From IMG/VR virus record IMGVR_UViG_3300047160_000603, positions 5,126 to 69,125 of that record: 64,000 bases of DNA; one strand, written 5' to 3'. Positions 34,337 to 44,369 of the stretch are shown piece by piece (the stretch's first letter is position 1; each line of letters begins with the position of its first letter). The translations under genes were made by a program, and so were the position numbers. The notes under the pieces were generated by a model, which was not told the origin of the DNA, did no database searches, and saw nothing but the letters and a program-made list of their open reading frames with translations. Origin of the DNA: a virus. Its lineage: Duplodnaviria; Caudoviricetes.

Positions 34337-36403
34337 ATGCCTGCAATCACAGTCCCTACCACTCGCGCTCATGCCGTATCTCTCCGCACATATCAAAGGC
34401 CACTCGACAATGACGGTATCAAGCTAGAGACATGGTACGAAGCAGCACACCGCGCAACCTACCAACACCATCATCGTCTATGGGAAGAAGCGGGTGGCAC
34501 ACCCAGCCACACTGAACTCCAGGACCTATTCACCCTCGGCCTGAACCGGCAGTCCACAGTCGCTGGTCGGACACTGTGGCTCGGTGGCACTCCCTACGCA
34601 TTCGAGCGACCAGCGTGTCAATTCAACTGTACAGCCACACGCGTCGACAACGTCTACGACTTGGTGGATGCAAGTTGGCTCCTGCTGAACGGCTGCGGTG
34701 TGGGGTTCAAGCCTCAGGTTGGTGTCCTACACGGCTACCTGAAGCCTCTGGATGTGCAGGTGATTCCCAGTGAGCAGGATAAGGACTACCGTGGTTCGCA
34801 GCACAACGTAGAGCTGCCACCCACAGCAGACAATGATTACACATGGACCATCAAGATTGGTGATAGTGCTGGTGCGTGGGCGAAGGCGATCGGCAAGTTG
34901 TTCGGTAGCACGCACAGCCGCAAAGCACGTAAGCTCGTTATTAGTGGTGAGGAATGTCGTGGTCCTGGTGGGCGGCTCAAAGGGTACGGGTGGATCTGCA
35001 ATGGGTTTAACCCACTCGCCAAAGCAATGACCGCTATACACAACACCCTCAATAGCAAGGCTGGGCAGCTACTCGACGAACTGGACATCATGGATGTCAC
35101 CAACCACATCGGCGAAGTACTTTCCTCCAGAAGGTCAGCGCAGGCGTGCTTGATGGACGCTACTAACCCGCTCGCTGCACAGTTTGCCAACGCCAAGAAG
35201 GACTACTGGCGATGTCTTGCGTGTGGCAGCGAAGATACCACGAGCGGTACGTGTAACGTGTGTGGTGGACCCACCAATAACCACAGGCGACAGAGCAACA
35301 ACAGTTTCCTCTTCTGGAGTAAGCCCACCGTCAAGCAGATCGTGGACCTGTTAGTACATGCGTGGGAGTGTGGTGGCTGTCCGGGCATCGTCAACGCAGA
35401 GTGGTGGCGTATTAAGATGCCGTGGTTCGAGGTGCCAAACCCCTGCTTCGAGATTGGATTAGGTGCGTTCTGCAACCTCGTCAATAACTGTCTGCCACGA
35501 TTCAAGGGTAACTTCCACGCACTACACAAGGCCATCCACACCATCGCTCGTGCCAACTACCGGCAGACGTGTGTAGACCTGCGTGACGGCATACTGCAAC
35601 CTCGCTGGCACCAAGCGAACGAGGCACTGCGGCTATGTGGTGTAAGCCTGACCGGGATTGCACAGGCAGACTGGATGACAGACTACCAGATACGGCAGCT
35701 ACGCAACGTTGCTATTAGTGGTGCGTACAGCATGGCGGATGAACTGGGGCTGCCACGACCGAAAGCTATCACCACTGTGACACCAGCCGGTACGATCGCG
35801 AAGTGTATGGGTGGTACGGACATCGGCGAAGTGTTTGAAGGGATCCACGTGCCACTCGGTAAGCACATCTTCAACTGGATCAACTTCAGTAGCCGTGACC
35901 CGCTAGTGCGTGCCTACCGTGATGCGGGCTACCGAGTGATACCCAACCCTCAGGACAATAACAACGTCCTCGTCTGCTTCCCTGTGCCGTACCAGTCCGG
36001 TAAGTTCGACCGCATCCAACACCCAAAAACCGGCGAGGAGCTCTACGTTAATCAAGAATCAGCAGTGACACAGCTACGGCGGTACCTACGTTGGAATAAT
36101 CTGTGGTGCGACCACAACGCAAGCTGCACCATCAGCTATGACTTTGTGGAAATCCCAGAGATCGCCCAACTGATCCACGATAACTGGGAGAACGGGTACA
36201 TTGCTACAGCGTTCTTACGGAGAATCAGTCCGCTTCTGCGACCGGAAGATGTGCGTCAGCCATACCTGCCTCAAGAGGTAGTCGGGCAAGCTCGCTTCTA
36301 TGAGTATGCCGACACGCTACGTCCGGTCGATTACTCAACAGTCCAGGGTATCCACGGCATCGACGAGGATGGCTGTGCGCGTGGTGGCTGCCCGGTCAAG
36401 TGA
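34337..36403 (+). CDS. nrdJ: Class II (B12-dependent) ribonucleotide reductase, monomeric RTPR-like
   Basis: AGRTLWLGG, QFNC, GCGVGF, RRSA, SNNS, PNPCFEI, FCNL, TTVTPAGT, C-terminal GCARGGCP. Confidence 0.9.
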   Translation: MPAITVPTTRAHAVSLRTYQRPLDNDGIKLETWYEAAHRATYQHHHRLWEEAGGTPSHTELQDLFTLGLNRQSTVAGRTLWLGGTPYAFERPACQFNCTATRVDNVYDLVDASWLLLNGCGVGFKPQVGVLHGYLKPLDVQVIPSEQDKDYRGSQHNVELPPTADNDYTWTIKIGDSAGAWAKAIGKLFGSTHSRKARKLVISGEECRGPGGRLKGYGWICNGFNPLAKAMTAIHNTLNSKAGQLLDELDIMDVTNHIGEVLSSRRSAQACLMDATNPLAAQFANAKKDYWRCLACGSEDTTSGTCNVCGGPTNNHRRQSNNSFLFWSKPTVKQIVDLLVHAWECGGCPGIVNAEWWRIKMPWFEVPNPCFEIGLGAFCNLVNNCLPRFKGNFHALHKAIHTIARANYRQTCVDLRDGILQPRWHQANEALRLCGVSLTGIAQADWMTDYQIRQLRNVAISGAYSMADELGLPRPKAITTVTPAGTIAKCMGGTDIGEVFEGIHVPLGKHIFNWINFSSRDPLVRAYRDAGYRVIPNPQDNNNVLVCFPVPYQSGKFDRIQHPKTGEELYVNQESAVTQLRRYLRWNNLWCDHNASCTISYDFVEIPEIAQLIHDNWENGYIATAFLRRISPLLRPEDVRQPYLPQEVVGQARFYEYADTLRPVDYSTVQGIHGIDEDGCARGGCPVK

Positions 36404-36409
36404 GATATT

Positions 36410-36631
36410 ATGAACTGGCTTAGTACGGGTGGTCTAGTCTACTTTGCACTCACTATCCTCGTACAGGTTGTAGTGCTGCTCTACGATGCTGAGCGTGCCC
36501 TGAGTGGGTTAATCACTGTCACGGAATGGGCAACCATGTATCACGACACATGGCGCGCCTACCTGCTAGTGATTGGTGTTGCCAGTGGTGCAGTCGGGCT
36601 CGCCGTACACTTTATCTTTTTCAAACCATGA
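36410..36631 (+). CDS. Small two-TM membrane protein (holin candidate)
   Basis: Two hydrophobic segments in 73 aa. Confidence 0.5.
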   Translation: MNWLSTGGLVYFALTILVQVVVLLYDAERALSGLITVTEWATMYHDTWRAYLLVIGVASGAVGLAVHFIFFKP

Positions 36632-37134
36632 TTAACGACATTGACCTTGCCGAAGCCCACATCGTCATCGAGTTGGACTGGAAAGCCTACTTTGAGGAGT
36701 TCCAACGTCAGCATGGTGGTGAACCGGTACTACACCAGCCAACGAACCGGCTCCTGTTCCGCGATGGCTGGATGTACAGTGCTAGTGACTACAAGGGTCC
36801 AGAGTGGGAAGCACCAGCAGACACCTCCAAGCTGCGCGGGCTGCAACTAGACTACTGGACCACACGGCGTGCCATCGTGTTCAACATGCTGGAATCGCTG
36901 AAAGGTAAGATTGGGGATCTGCAGCAGATGCAGCGCGAACGTTCTGCACCGTTACAGCGCGTTCTGTATACCAAGAGTGAGGATGGTAAGACACTTAAGC
37001 AGTCAGTCAAGATAGACATCCCCATGCTGCTGACACGCGTCTCTATCCTGGAAGTTGCAATGCAAGAGTGTCAAGACGCACTCAAAGCACTTAACGAGGT
37101 ATGCAATGACGACGTGGAACACGCTGATCAATAA
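36628..37134 (+). CDS. Hypothetical protein, coiled-coil C-terminus
   Basis: Coupled to both neighbours. Confidence 0.6.
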   Translation: MINDIDLAEAHIVIELDWKAYFEEFQRQHGGEPVLHQPTNRLLFRDGWMYSASDYKGPEWEAPADTSKLRGLQLDYWTTRRAIVFNMLESLKGKIGDLQQMQRERSAPLQRVLYTKSEDGKTLKQSVKIDIPMLLTRVSILEVAMQECQDALKALNEVCNDDVEHADQ

Positions 37135-38998
37135 CAACCCGAACGATCGCCCTAATAGTGAACCCCCAGTCAACAATGGTGCCGGTGATGGCAGCCTATG
37201 GTCTGGGGCTGGTATGATCGCCGCCAACCAAGCACTCGTCAGCAACGATGCGTTCTTTACCAGTCGGGCGGAGTTCTTCCGCCGCATCTTCGACCCGCGC
37301 CGGGATATCTATGAGGAGTGTGGCTACCCGAAGGGGTTCATCGTCCCGCAGTTGTATCAAGACCTCTATGATCGCAGTGCAATCGCTGCACGTGTGGTAG
37401 AGGTGATCACGAAGCGATGCTGGCGTACCCAGCCGACGGTCTATGAGGACGAAGACGCACAGGACAAGACCGCGTTCGAGCAAGCGTGGGACGAACTGGG
37501 TGCACGGATTAACACGGCTGCCAGTTGGTACAAGGACGAGGAACATAGCCCGATCTGGGAGTACCTACAACGTGTGGACGTGTTAGCAGGTATCGGGCAG
37601 TATGGCGTCATCTTCCTTGGCATTGATGACGGGCTGGACCTGAACATGCCAGCCGATACTATCACCGAGACCGGTAGTATACCCAGCACTACCATTAGCA
37701 CACCGGACAACCCACAGTCTACTGATCCACTACGGCAGGACGTCCCCTACGCCACAGCAGGCGTCACAGCACCAAGCTATGGCAGTAGCAGTGCGTGGCA
37801 GGGCTTCGCAGCGATCAACGCAGATGGCAGCTACCCAGCCTACACTCTTACTGAGAACAAGAACGCACCCAAGCGGAATCTCTTGTACATCCGCTGCTAC
37901 GCTGAGGTTCAGGCGCGGGTAGTGGCCTATGAGGCAAACCGGCGTAGCCCACGCTTCGGTCAGCCAGTCATGTACGCCATCACGTTCCAGGACCCTAATA
38001 ACTACCCGATGGGTGGTGGTGTTGCCATCGGGTATACGCCGACTACGTTGAATGTCCACTGGACGCGGGTACTGCACGTTGTTGACAACTACCACCAAGC
38101 AACATCGAGTGAGATTGCTGGTGCACCGCGGATGCGTGCAGTACTCAACCATATACTCGCACTAGAGAAGATCTACGGTGCCAGCGGTGAGGGTTACTGG
38201 ACCAGCGCGTTGCCTAAGACCATCGTGGAGACGCATCCGCAGTTGGGTGGTGACGTGCTGATCGACAAGAGTGACATGCGTAACCAGTTGGAGAACTTGC
38301 ACAACAGTACCCAGAAGTACCTGATACTTATGGGCATGTCGGCGAAGACGCTACCACCCCACATCGTGGACCCAAAGGCGTTCGCAGATATACAGATGCA
38401 GGCGATCACCATCAAGATCGGTATGCCCATGCGGGTCTTTATGGGTAGTGAACGTGGTGAGCTATCGAGTGGGCAGGACGACGAAGATGATAACGATAAC
38501 ATCAAGGGTCGCAACACGCAGTGGACTATCCCAAAGCTCGTGGTGGCGTTTGTCAATCGTCTGATCCAACTCGGCTGTTTACCAGTACCGAAGCAGTTCT
38601 GCGTCCACTGGGCTGACCAGCGTGTGATGTCGCCGCAGGATAAGGCTGTCGTGGCGTTCCAGACCACGCAGAGTATCAACATGTACGTTACTGGCAACCT
38701 GTCCACCTTCATATCACCATTGGACTACATGGTGGAAGTGCTTGGCTACGACGAGGAGACAGCAGAGATGCTGGTGTCGAACGCTGAGGAACACCAGGAA
38801 GAGGTCGCCGGTGATGCACAGGACCTCGCTGACGAGCATGGGTTCGTACCTACCCCACCGAAGGGTTACCGCGACGACCCCCAACCAGAGCCACCGGGTA
38901 CTCCAGCCGGTAAGGGCACCAAACCCGTAGGCAGTGGTGGTGTACCGGGTGGTAAGCCCAGTGTGCCCCGCGCCGGTACCGGTAATGGGAACGGCTAG
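37106..38998 (+). CDS. Portal protein (DUF1073-like)
   Basis: LYDRSAIAARVV, GQYGVIFLG, VHWTRVLH, GMPMRVFMG; position between terL and MuF. Confidence 0.8.
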   Translation: MTTWNTLINNNPNDRPNSEPPVNNGAGDGSLWSGAGMIAANQALVSNDAFFTSRAEFFRRIFDPRRDIYEECGYPKGFIVPQLYQDLYDRSAIAARVVEVITKRCWRTQPTVYEDEDAQDKTAFEQAWDELGARINTAASWYKDEEHSPIWEYLQRVDVLAGIGQYGVIFLGIDDGLDLNMPADTITETGSIPSTTISTPDNPQSTDPLRQDVPYATAGVTAPSYGSSSAWQGFAAINADGSYPAYTLTENKNAPKRNLLYIRCYAEVQARVVAYEANRRSPRFGQPVMYAITFQDPNNYPMGGGVAIGYTPTTLNVHWTRVLHVVDNYHQATSSEIAGAPRMRAVLNHILALEKIYGASGEGYWTSALPKTIVETHPQLGGDVLIDKSDMRNQLENLHNSTQKYLILMGMSAKTLPPHIVDPKAFADIQMQAITIKIGMPMRVFMGSERGELSSGQDDEDDNDNIKGRNTQWTIPKLVVAFVNRLIQLGCLPVPKQFCVHWADQRVMSPQDKAVVAFQTTQSINMYVTGNLSTFISPLDYMVEVLGYDEETAEMLVSNAEEHQEEVAGDAQDLADEHGFVPTPPKGYRDDPQPEPPGTPAGKGTKPVGSGGVPGGKPSVPRAGTGNGNG

Positions 38999-39003
38999 CT
39001 ACT

Positions 39004-39012
39004 TTCCTCCAG
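39004..39012 (+). promoter_or_regulatory. Representative copy of the dispersed TTCCTCCAG motif (11 exact copies found)
   Basis: Copies listed in findings. Confidence 0.6.
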
Positions 39013-39132
39013 AGAACCCCAATAGACGCCTACGTGCGTCTATACGTGTTGTATTTAATCGTTAGTAGAAAACTATCACCTAAACCCCTGAAGCGTCTGT
39101 AATGCTCGCCTAAGCGTCTTAAAAGGGTCTAT

Positions 39133-42100
39133 ATGCGTATTAAGCGTATCGGGCGTAAAACTGCACGTAGTCCAAAGGGCTGTCTGGCGACTAACACTGG
39201 CAGGGCAGCCAACATTGATCCCACACGGACAAGCATGTTGCGGATGCAGTTTGCCCGCGCACTAACAGCACGGTTCAACCGAATTAAAGCCGGTATCGTC
39301 AAGCTGATTGACACTGACGACGTACTGGGGAAGAAGGTGCAGGGACCGTATAAGATATTGAACCAGACATACACTTATGCCAGTACACAGGTGAACATTG
39401 AGGATGAGGATATTCTAGACACGTTCCACAGCATCCAACTCACGCTCGACCCGTCAGATGTAATCAAGTACGAGTATGAGCCACACATCACGGTACGCTA
39501 TGGGCTGCACGACCTACCGGGCATGAAAGATCGTGTTGCAGATATGGTTGGTGATCATGGATCTATCCGCGTGACGTTTGGTCCACTAAGTGTGTTCCGC
39601 ATCGAGAAAGATGGTGAGCCGCAGGACGTACTCAAGGTGGAAATACAGTCTGCAGACCTGCATGAACTGAACCGCCGGTTGGGGATCTTACCTAACACAC
39701 AGACATACGATTATAATCCACACATGACCATCGCCTACATGCGTGGTGGTACTGCGCAGGAATACGCAGGATCGCATCCGGATCTACACGGTGTCTACAA
39801 AGTCTTTGATACGTTGAAGTTTAGCGACGTTGATGGTAACAAGACTGACGTATCACTGTTCAGCCAAGTAGAGAATAAGTGGTGGTCCAACAAGGATAGT
39901 CAGCAGCAACTTGATGCGTTCCAGGAGTGGCTACAGAACACGCTGGCAGAGCACCTACTGGGCACCGACGATGAGACTGTATGGAAGGCGTACATCGCAC
40001 AGGGGTTTGCTCGTGGTGCTGCACGTGCTTATGACGACGTCAATAAGCGGAGGCGTGCACTTGCCCATACTGATAGTGAGATGGTGCCACTCTACGAGGG
40101 AACTAAGCGTCAGTTCCTGCGTGATGCGTTCCGGCAGCCAGTGGCAGCCAGCAAAGTGAAGTTACTGGCATCGCGCACATTCACTGACCTAAAGGGTGTC
40201 ACACAGGCAATGTCAGTGAAGATGACACGTACTCTAACCGATGGTCTTGTGGCTGGGCTATCACCACGTCAGATTGCACGCAACCTTGTCAAGGATGTGG
40301 ACGGCATCGGCATTCAGCGTGCACGCCAGATCGCCAACACAGAGATCATACGGGCACACAACGAGGGTCAACTACTGGCACTAGAAGAGCTAGGTGTCGA
40401 GCACGTAGGCGTGATGGTCGAGTGGCAGACCGCACGTAGTGGAGTGTGTAAGTTGTGCTCATTGATGGCGGGTACAGTCCTTACCATCCAAGAGGCACAT
40501 GGCATGATCCCGCGACACCCGTCGTGCCGCTGTGCTTGGATCCCGGCGAACGTCGGTGAGGACCAGAAAGGTCAGAAACGCAACCCGAAGGATATCAAGA
40601 TTGCAATTAAGAAGAGCCAGCAGGCAGGCGGAGATGCGGATCAGTGGGGAGCAGGTACACGCATCACCAAGCATCGGCCGGAGGGTATTCTCAATACCGG
40701 GCAGTGTTGCATTGATCTACGTCCACTCGACAACTACAGCCCGGGACAAGCGCGTGACTGGCACGGCATGTGGACTGTTGGTGGTGGTGGTGTACACCCA
40801 CCCGCAGCAGGTACTGCTGGACCACAGAGCACGAAGGGTAACGACAAGCGTAAGGAGATGCGCGACCAGTGGACTAAAGCGGAGAAGACAGAGTTCGGCA
40901 AGCTAACCAAGGAACGCAATAACCTCAACAAGAAGATTAAGGATGGTACTGCTACAGACGCGGATAAGGCGCGACACGGCGATGTGATGAAGCGTATCAA
41001 CGAACTCCGCCATGCTGGTCGTAGTCGTACTGGTGATGGTCGTGGTATTCCACCGAAGCCAACGCCACCTAAGCCACAGCCACACCAGATTATAGTAACT
41101 CATAATCCGAATAGTGATTACACACACCTGACACATACCGGAACCGGCGACAGGGTTACTATCCGCAAGCAGTCTGACAACACTTATGTCCTATACCACA
41201 AGATCAATAAGACGACTAATGGTCTTGAGTATCAAGGGAAGTTCTACCACGAACACGAGGCAATCAATAAGGGTCGCGATCTACTCGAAGGTAAGTCGAA
41301 GCCAGTCACTACGGATCAAGCCCATGCTGGCGATGCTTATCGTACAGCAGCCCATCGCCGCGATTCAGTAGAAACACTGCAACACATCCGTGACTACCAC
41401 GACAAGATGAAGCAGCATGACGCGGCACTAAGCGAGATACATAGTGATATGCTCAAGCTGAGTGACAAGACTACTGAGCTGACGCGCGCTTGGGAGATGA
41501 AGGTCAAGGCCATGGAAACTCATATTGACAAGCCACCCAAGAAGGATGCACCAATCGAGGAGTTAAACAAGTATCACGAGCATACAGTCAAGCTAGGGTT
41601 GGAGAGCGATGCTGCACTGGGTGCCTTGAAGAAGCACGAGCGAGAGTTAGTCAACGAGGCGTGGTCAACCCTCAAGCAGCACGCACAGAACACCGGTCCT
41701 ACTATCAAAGATCCTAAGCTACAGGATCGCATCGTTGGTGCCATACACCCAGACCTGAAGAACGAGGTAGATAAAACCAACCAACGCATGAGTAAGTTCG
41801 TTAGCGAGGACCATCGTAAGCAGATCGAGGCGACCTACGTCAAGCAGATCCCAGCAGGTGATGCTCAGCGTGCCTTCTTCCGTGGTGTGCAGCACGGTGG
41901 TACGCGACCCGAGGTACACTTAACGCCAAAGAACAGTGAGGCAGTGGTGGCACACGAGTTTGGCCACAGTGTCGACGAGCAGTCACACGTCTACGCTCTG
42001 ACGAATGGGTTCCTATACTCGCGGATTGGCGTTGAAGAGCCAGTCCACATGGGTTCGGGATACCGCGAGTCAGAGGTTGGTGTGGCTGATAAGTTCTTTG

Positions 42101-42261
42101 GTACTGGTGACCGCTATGCTGGGAAGATCTACACTGCCAAATCAACGGAGATCCTTAGTATGGGCTGGGAAGAGCTCATGCGTGACCCAGTAGGGTTCGC
42201 CAAGAAGGATCCGGAATACTTCAAGCTCACTGTTGGTATCCTTACCGGGAGACTCAAGTGA
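39133..42261 (+). CDS. MuF (SPP1 gp7-like) minor head protein with inserted 2H phosphoesterase and C-terminal HExxH domain
   Basis: PHITVRY and PHMTIAY; RARQIANTEIIRA and HPSCRC; AHEFGH...TEILSMG. Confidence 0.8.
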   Translation: MRIKRIGRKTARSPKGCLATNTGRAANIDPTRTSMLRMQFARALTARFNRIKAGIVKLIDTDDVLGKKVQGPYKILNQTYTYASTQVNIEDEDILDTFHSIQLTLDPSDVIKYEYEPHITVRYGLHDLPGMKDRVADMVGDHGSIRVTFGPLSVFRIEKDGEPQDVLKVEIQSADLHELNRRLGILPNTQTYDYNPHMTIAYMRGGTAQEYAGSHPDLHGVYKVFDTLKFSDVDGNKTDVSLFSQVENKWWSNKDSQQQLDAFQEWLQNTLAEHLLGTDDETVWKAYIAQGFARGAARAYDDVNKRRRALAHTDSEMVPLYEGTKRQFLRDAFRQPVAASKVKLLASRTFTDLKGVTQAMSVKMTRTLTDGLVAGLSPRQIARNLVKDVDGIGIQRARQIANTEIIRAHNEGQLLALEELGVEHVGVMVEWQTARSGVCKLCSLMAGTVLTIQEAHGMIPRHPSCRCAWIPANVGEDQKGQKRNPKDIKIAIKKSQQAGGDADQWGAGTRITKHRPEGILNTGQCCIDLRPLDNYSPGQARDWHGMWTVGGGGVHPPAAGTAGPQSTKGNDKRKEMRDQWTKAEKTEFGKLTKERNNLNKKIKDGTATDADKARHGDVMKRINELRHAGRSRTGDGRGIPPKPTPPKPQPHQIIVTHNPNSDYTHLTHTGTGDRVTIRKQSDNTYVLYHKINKTTNGLEYQGKFYHEHEAINKGRDLLEGKSKPVTTDQAHAGDAYRTAAHRRDSVETLQHIRDYHDKMKQHDAALSEIHSDMLKLSDKTTELTRAWEMKVKAMETHIDKPPKKDAPIEELNKYHEHTVKLGLESDAALGALKKHERELVNEAWSTLKQHAQNTGPTIKDPKLQDRIVGAIHPDLKNEVDKTNQRMSKFVSEDHRKQIEATYVKQIPAGDAQRAFFRGVQHGGTRPEVHLTPKNSEAVVAHEFGHSVDEQSHVYALTNGFLYSRIGVEEPVHMGSGYRESEVGVADKFFGTGDRYAGKIYTAKSTEILSMGWEELMRDPVGFAKKDPEYFKLTVGILTGRLK

Positions 42262-42503
42262 ACTACGTCGCGATACTGATCTACAAGGGTATGGAGCTAG
42301 TGCTAGATGCAGATGGTGTGTGGATAACGCCTGACCCTACGCTTACTGTGTACATGAATACCATATTTAGCCCTACAGTCTACCCACCCTCGCCCACAGC
42401 AGGTAACAGTGAATATGCAGCGCAAGCACGCGCAGCCGGTACCAAGCTAGGAACGGAGCCACGATGGGCACCAGCACCCACTACTACCGAACGTGTGTAC
42501 TAG
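42258..42503 (+). CDS. Small protein coupled to MuF (immunity candidate)
   Basis: GTGA overlap with the MuF stop. Confidence 0.55.
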   Translation: MNYVAILIYKGMELVLDADGVWITPDPTLTVYMNTIFSPTVYPPSPTAGNSEYAAQARAAGTKLGTEPRWAPAPTTTERVY

Positions 42504-42512
42504 GAACTCACC

Positions 42513-42746
42513 ATGCTTACGCCTGTGCAACACCGTATGCTGAGCATCCTCAATGATGGGGAACGGCACACCAAGGAAGAGCTACACGCCTGCCTCGAAG
42601 ACGACTTTGCCCCACTTACAGCCATCAAGTATCACATCGTTAACCTACGGGTCATACTGCGTGCCCGTAGTCGTGGTATTGTCCTAGAACGTATCGACGG
42701 TGTCGTGTACTACAGACAGGTCCAGTATCTATCAGTGACTGAGTAA
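42513..42746 (+). CDS. Small winged-helix-like DNA-binding protein
   Basis: LTPVQHRMLSIL.DG..HT.EEL...IKYHIVNLR pattern. Confidence 0.55.
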   Translation: MLTPVQHRMLSILNDGERHTKEELHACLEDDFAPLTAIKYHIVNLRVILRARSRGIVLERIDGVVYYRQVQYLSVTE

Positions 42747-42813
42747 CCAAGCCAAGTTTGCTTTCTTCTCATCTCGCTTGCGTTCTCCGCTGTCGCGCGA
42801 GTAAAGTGCAAGC

Positions 42814-44340
42814 GTGGAAAACCACTACGAAATCTTCGTCAGCAACTTGTCGGGCAAGCCTCGCCGACAAGTGCTAAACGGGCGTGACTATGTAGTCGTA
42901 CCCGTATCTATGATCGTTCCCGGTGTACTCAGTGGCAGCCGTGGTGCCCTGTATTACCCCGAGGATGAAGTGAGTAGTAACGTTGATGCCTGGAACGGTA
43001 TGCCACTGACGGCACGCCACCCGGTTATTGATGGTGTACCAGTGAGTGCTCGCGACCCGAGGGTGTTCAACAAGTACCACCTCGGCCATGTGTTCGCAGC
43101 CAACTACGACGGTCGGTTGACGGCTGAGGCGTGGTTCGATGTCGAGCTAACCAACCGTGTAGATAAGCGTATTATCCCAGCCCTGAACGCTGGTAAGCAG
43201 ATCGAGATTAGTACCGGGCTGTACACCAAGAATGAAGAGGCACCACCGGGCAGCACCTACAAGGGACGTCCATACACCCACATAGCGAGGAAGTACCGAC
43301 CTGATCACTTAGCGGTCCTCGTAGACGAAGTGGGTGCGTGTAGTCTGCGAGACGGCTGTGGTCTGAACGTTAACACCGAGGACTACGTGGACGAGCTCGA
43401 GCAACTATGGCAGACTTGGAATCGCGATTGGCCTCAGAGCAAGCGCGATAAGACACCCAAGGAAGACTTCGCCGGTCCGAATGAGTCCTTCCCCATTCAG
43501 GATCAAGCGGATGTCAATGCAGCGGCAAAGCTGATTGGTCATGCCAAGGACCCGGCAGCAGTCAAGGCACGGATCATTGCCATTGCCAAGCGGAAAGGTC
43601 TCAAGATTCCAGAGTCGTGGCAACACGACTCATCTCATAACTCCTCAGGAGTACCAAGCGTGAACAAGGAACAATTGATCGGTTGGCTCACTGCGAACTG
43701 CACGTGCTGGAAGGGTCCGTCCGCCAGTACTGCACTCAACGCGATGACCGAACCTGAACTCCAGCAACTCAAGACTTCTGCTGAGCAGAACGCCACCAAC
43801 ACCAGTATCGCCAACCAACTCTCGACGGGGGTGGTGGTGAACGGTGCGAAAGTGACGCTTACCAACGGAACACTTACTGCCGTGCAACTGACACCAGCCC
43901 CCAGCGCAACGCCTGCACCAACATCTGTACTGAACCTTACGCCACTCACCACACCCACGGCCAATGGGCAAGCAACCTCGATGAGGGACTGGCTCGCGGC
44001 GAATGGCAGCCCGCAAGAGAAGGCAGTGTGGAACAGCATGACCAGTGATTACGAGGCACAACGCCAAGTGATCATCAACAAGCTAACGTCCCACATTACT
44101 GACACTGCGAAGAAAGCCACGGCACAGGCAGCCTACGCAGGATTCGACTTGGATCAACTCAAGGCCATTGCACCCGCAGAAACCCCAGCCACGAACGGCG
44201 GTAACAGCCCGCACTTCGCACTCGGCGCGGGTGGCCCACTGGTGAATCTGAATGGTGGTCCCCAGAACCTGACCATCAACAAGGTGGACGGGAAGCCTGT
44301 GCAGAAGCTCACCTTCGAGAACCCCATCAAGAAGAAGTAA
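42814..44340 (+). CDS. Prohead protease/scaffold (DUF2213-like) with inserted small helical domain
   Basis: WNGMPLTARHP, EISTG, DHLAVL..EVGACS..DGCG; scaffold-like C-terminus. Confidence 0.7.
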   Translation: MENHYEIFVSNLSGKPRRQVLNGRDYVVVPVSMIVPGVLSGSRGALYYPEDEVSSNVDAWNGMPLTARHPVIDGVPVSARDPRVFNKYHLGHVFAANYDGRLTAEAWFDVELTNRVDKRIIPALNAGKQIEISTGLYTKNEEAPPGSTYKGRPYTHIARKYRPDHLAVLVDEVGACSLRDGCGLNVNTEDYVDELEQLWQTWNRDWPQSKRDKTPKEDFAGPNESFPIQDQADVNAAAKLIGHAKDPAAVKARIIAIAKRKGLKIPESWQHDSSHNSSGVPSVNKEQLIGWLTANCTCWKGPSASTALNAMTEPELQQLKTSAEQNATNTSIANQLSTGVVVNGAKVTLTNGTLTAVQLTPAPSATPAPTSVLNLTPLTTPTANGQATSMRDWLAANGSPQEKAVWNSMTSDYEAQRQVIINKLTSHITDTAKKATAQAAYAGFDLDQLKAIAPAETPATNGGNSPHFALGAGGPLVNLNGGPQNLTINKVDGKPVQKLTFENPIKKK

Positions 44341-44369
44341 AACACCTGAGTCGACTTTTGGGGGAGTCG

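Noticed and set aside
34337-36403. Intein or intron in RNR, PolA or TerL
   Set aside because: No splice-junction residues or homing endonuclease motifs; lengths are near normal
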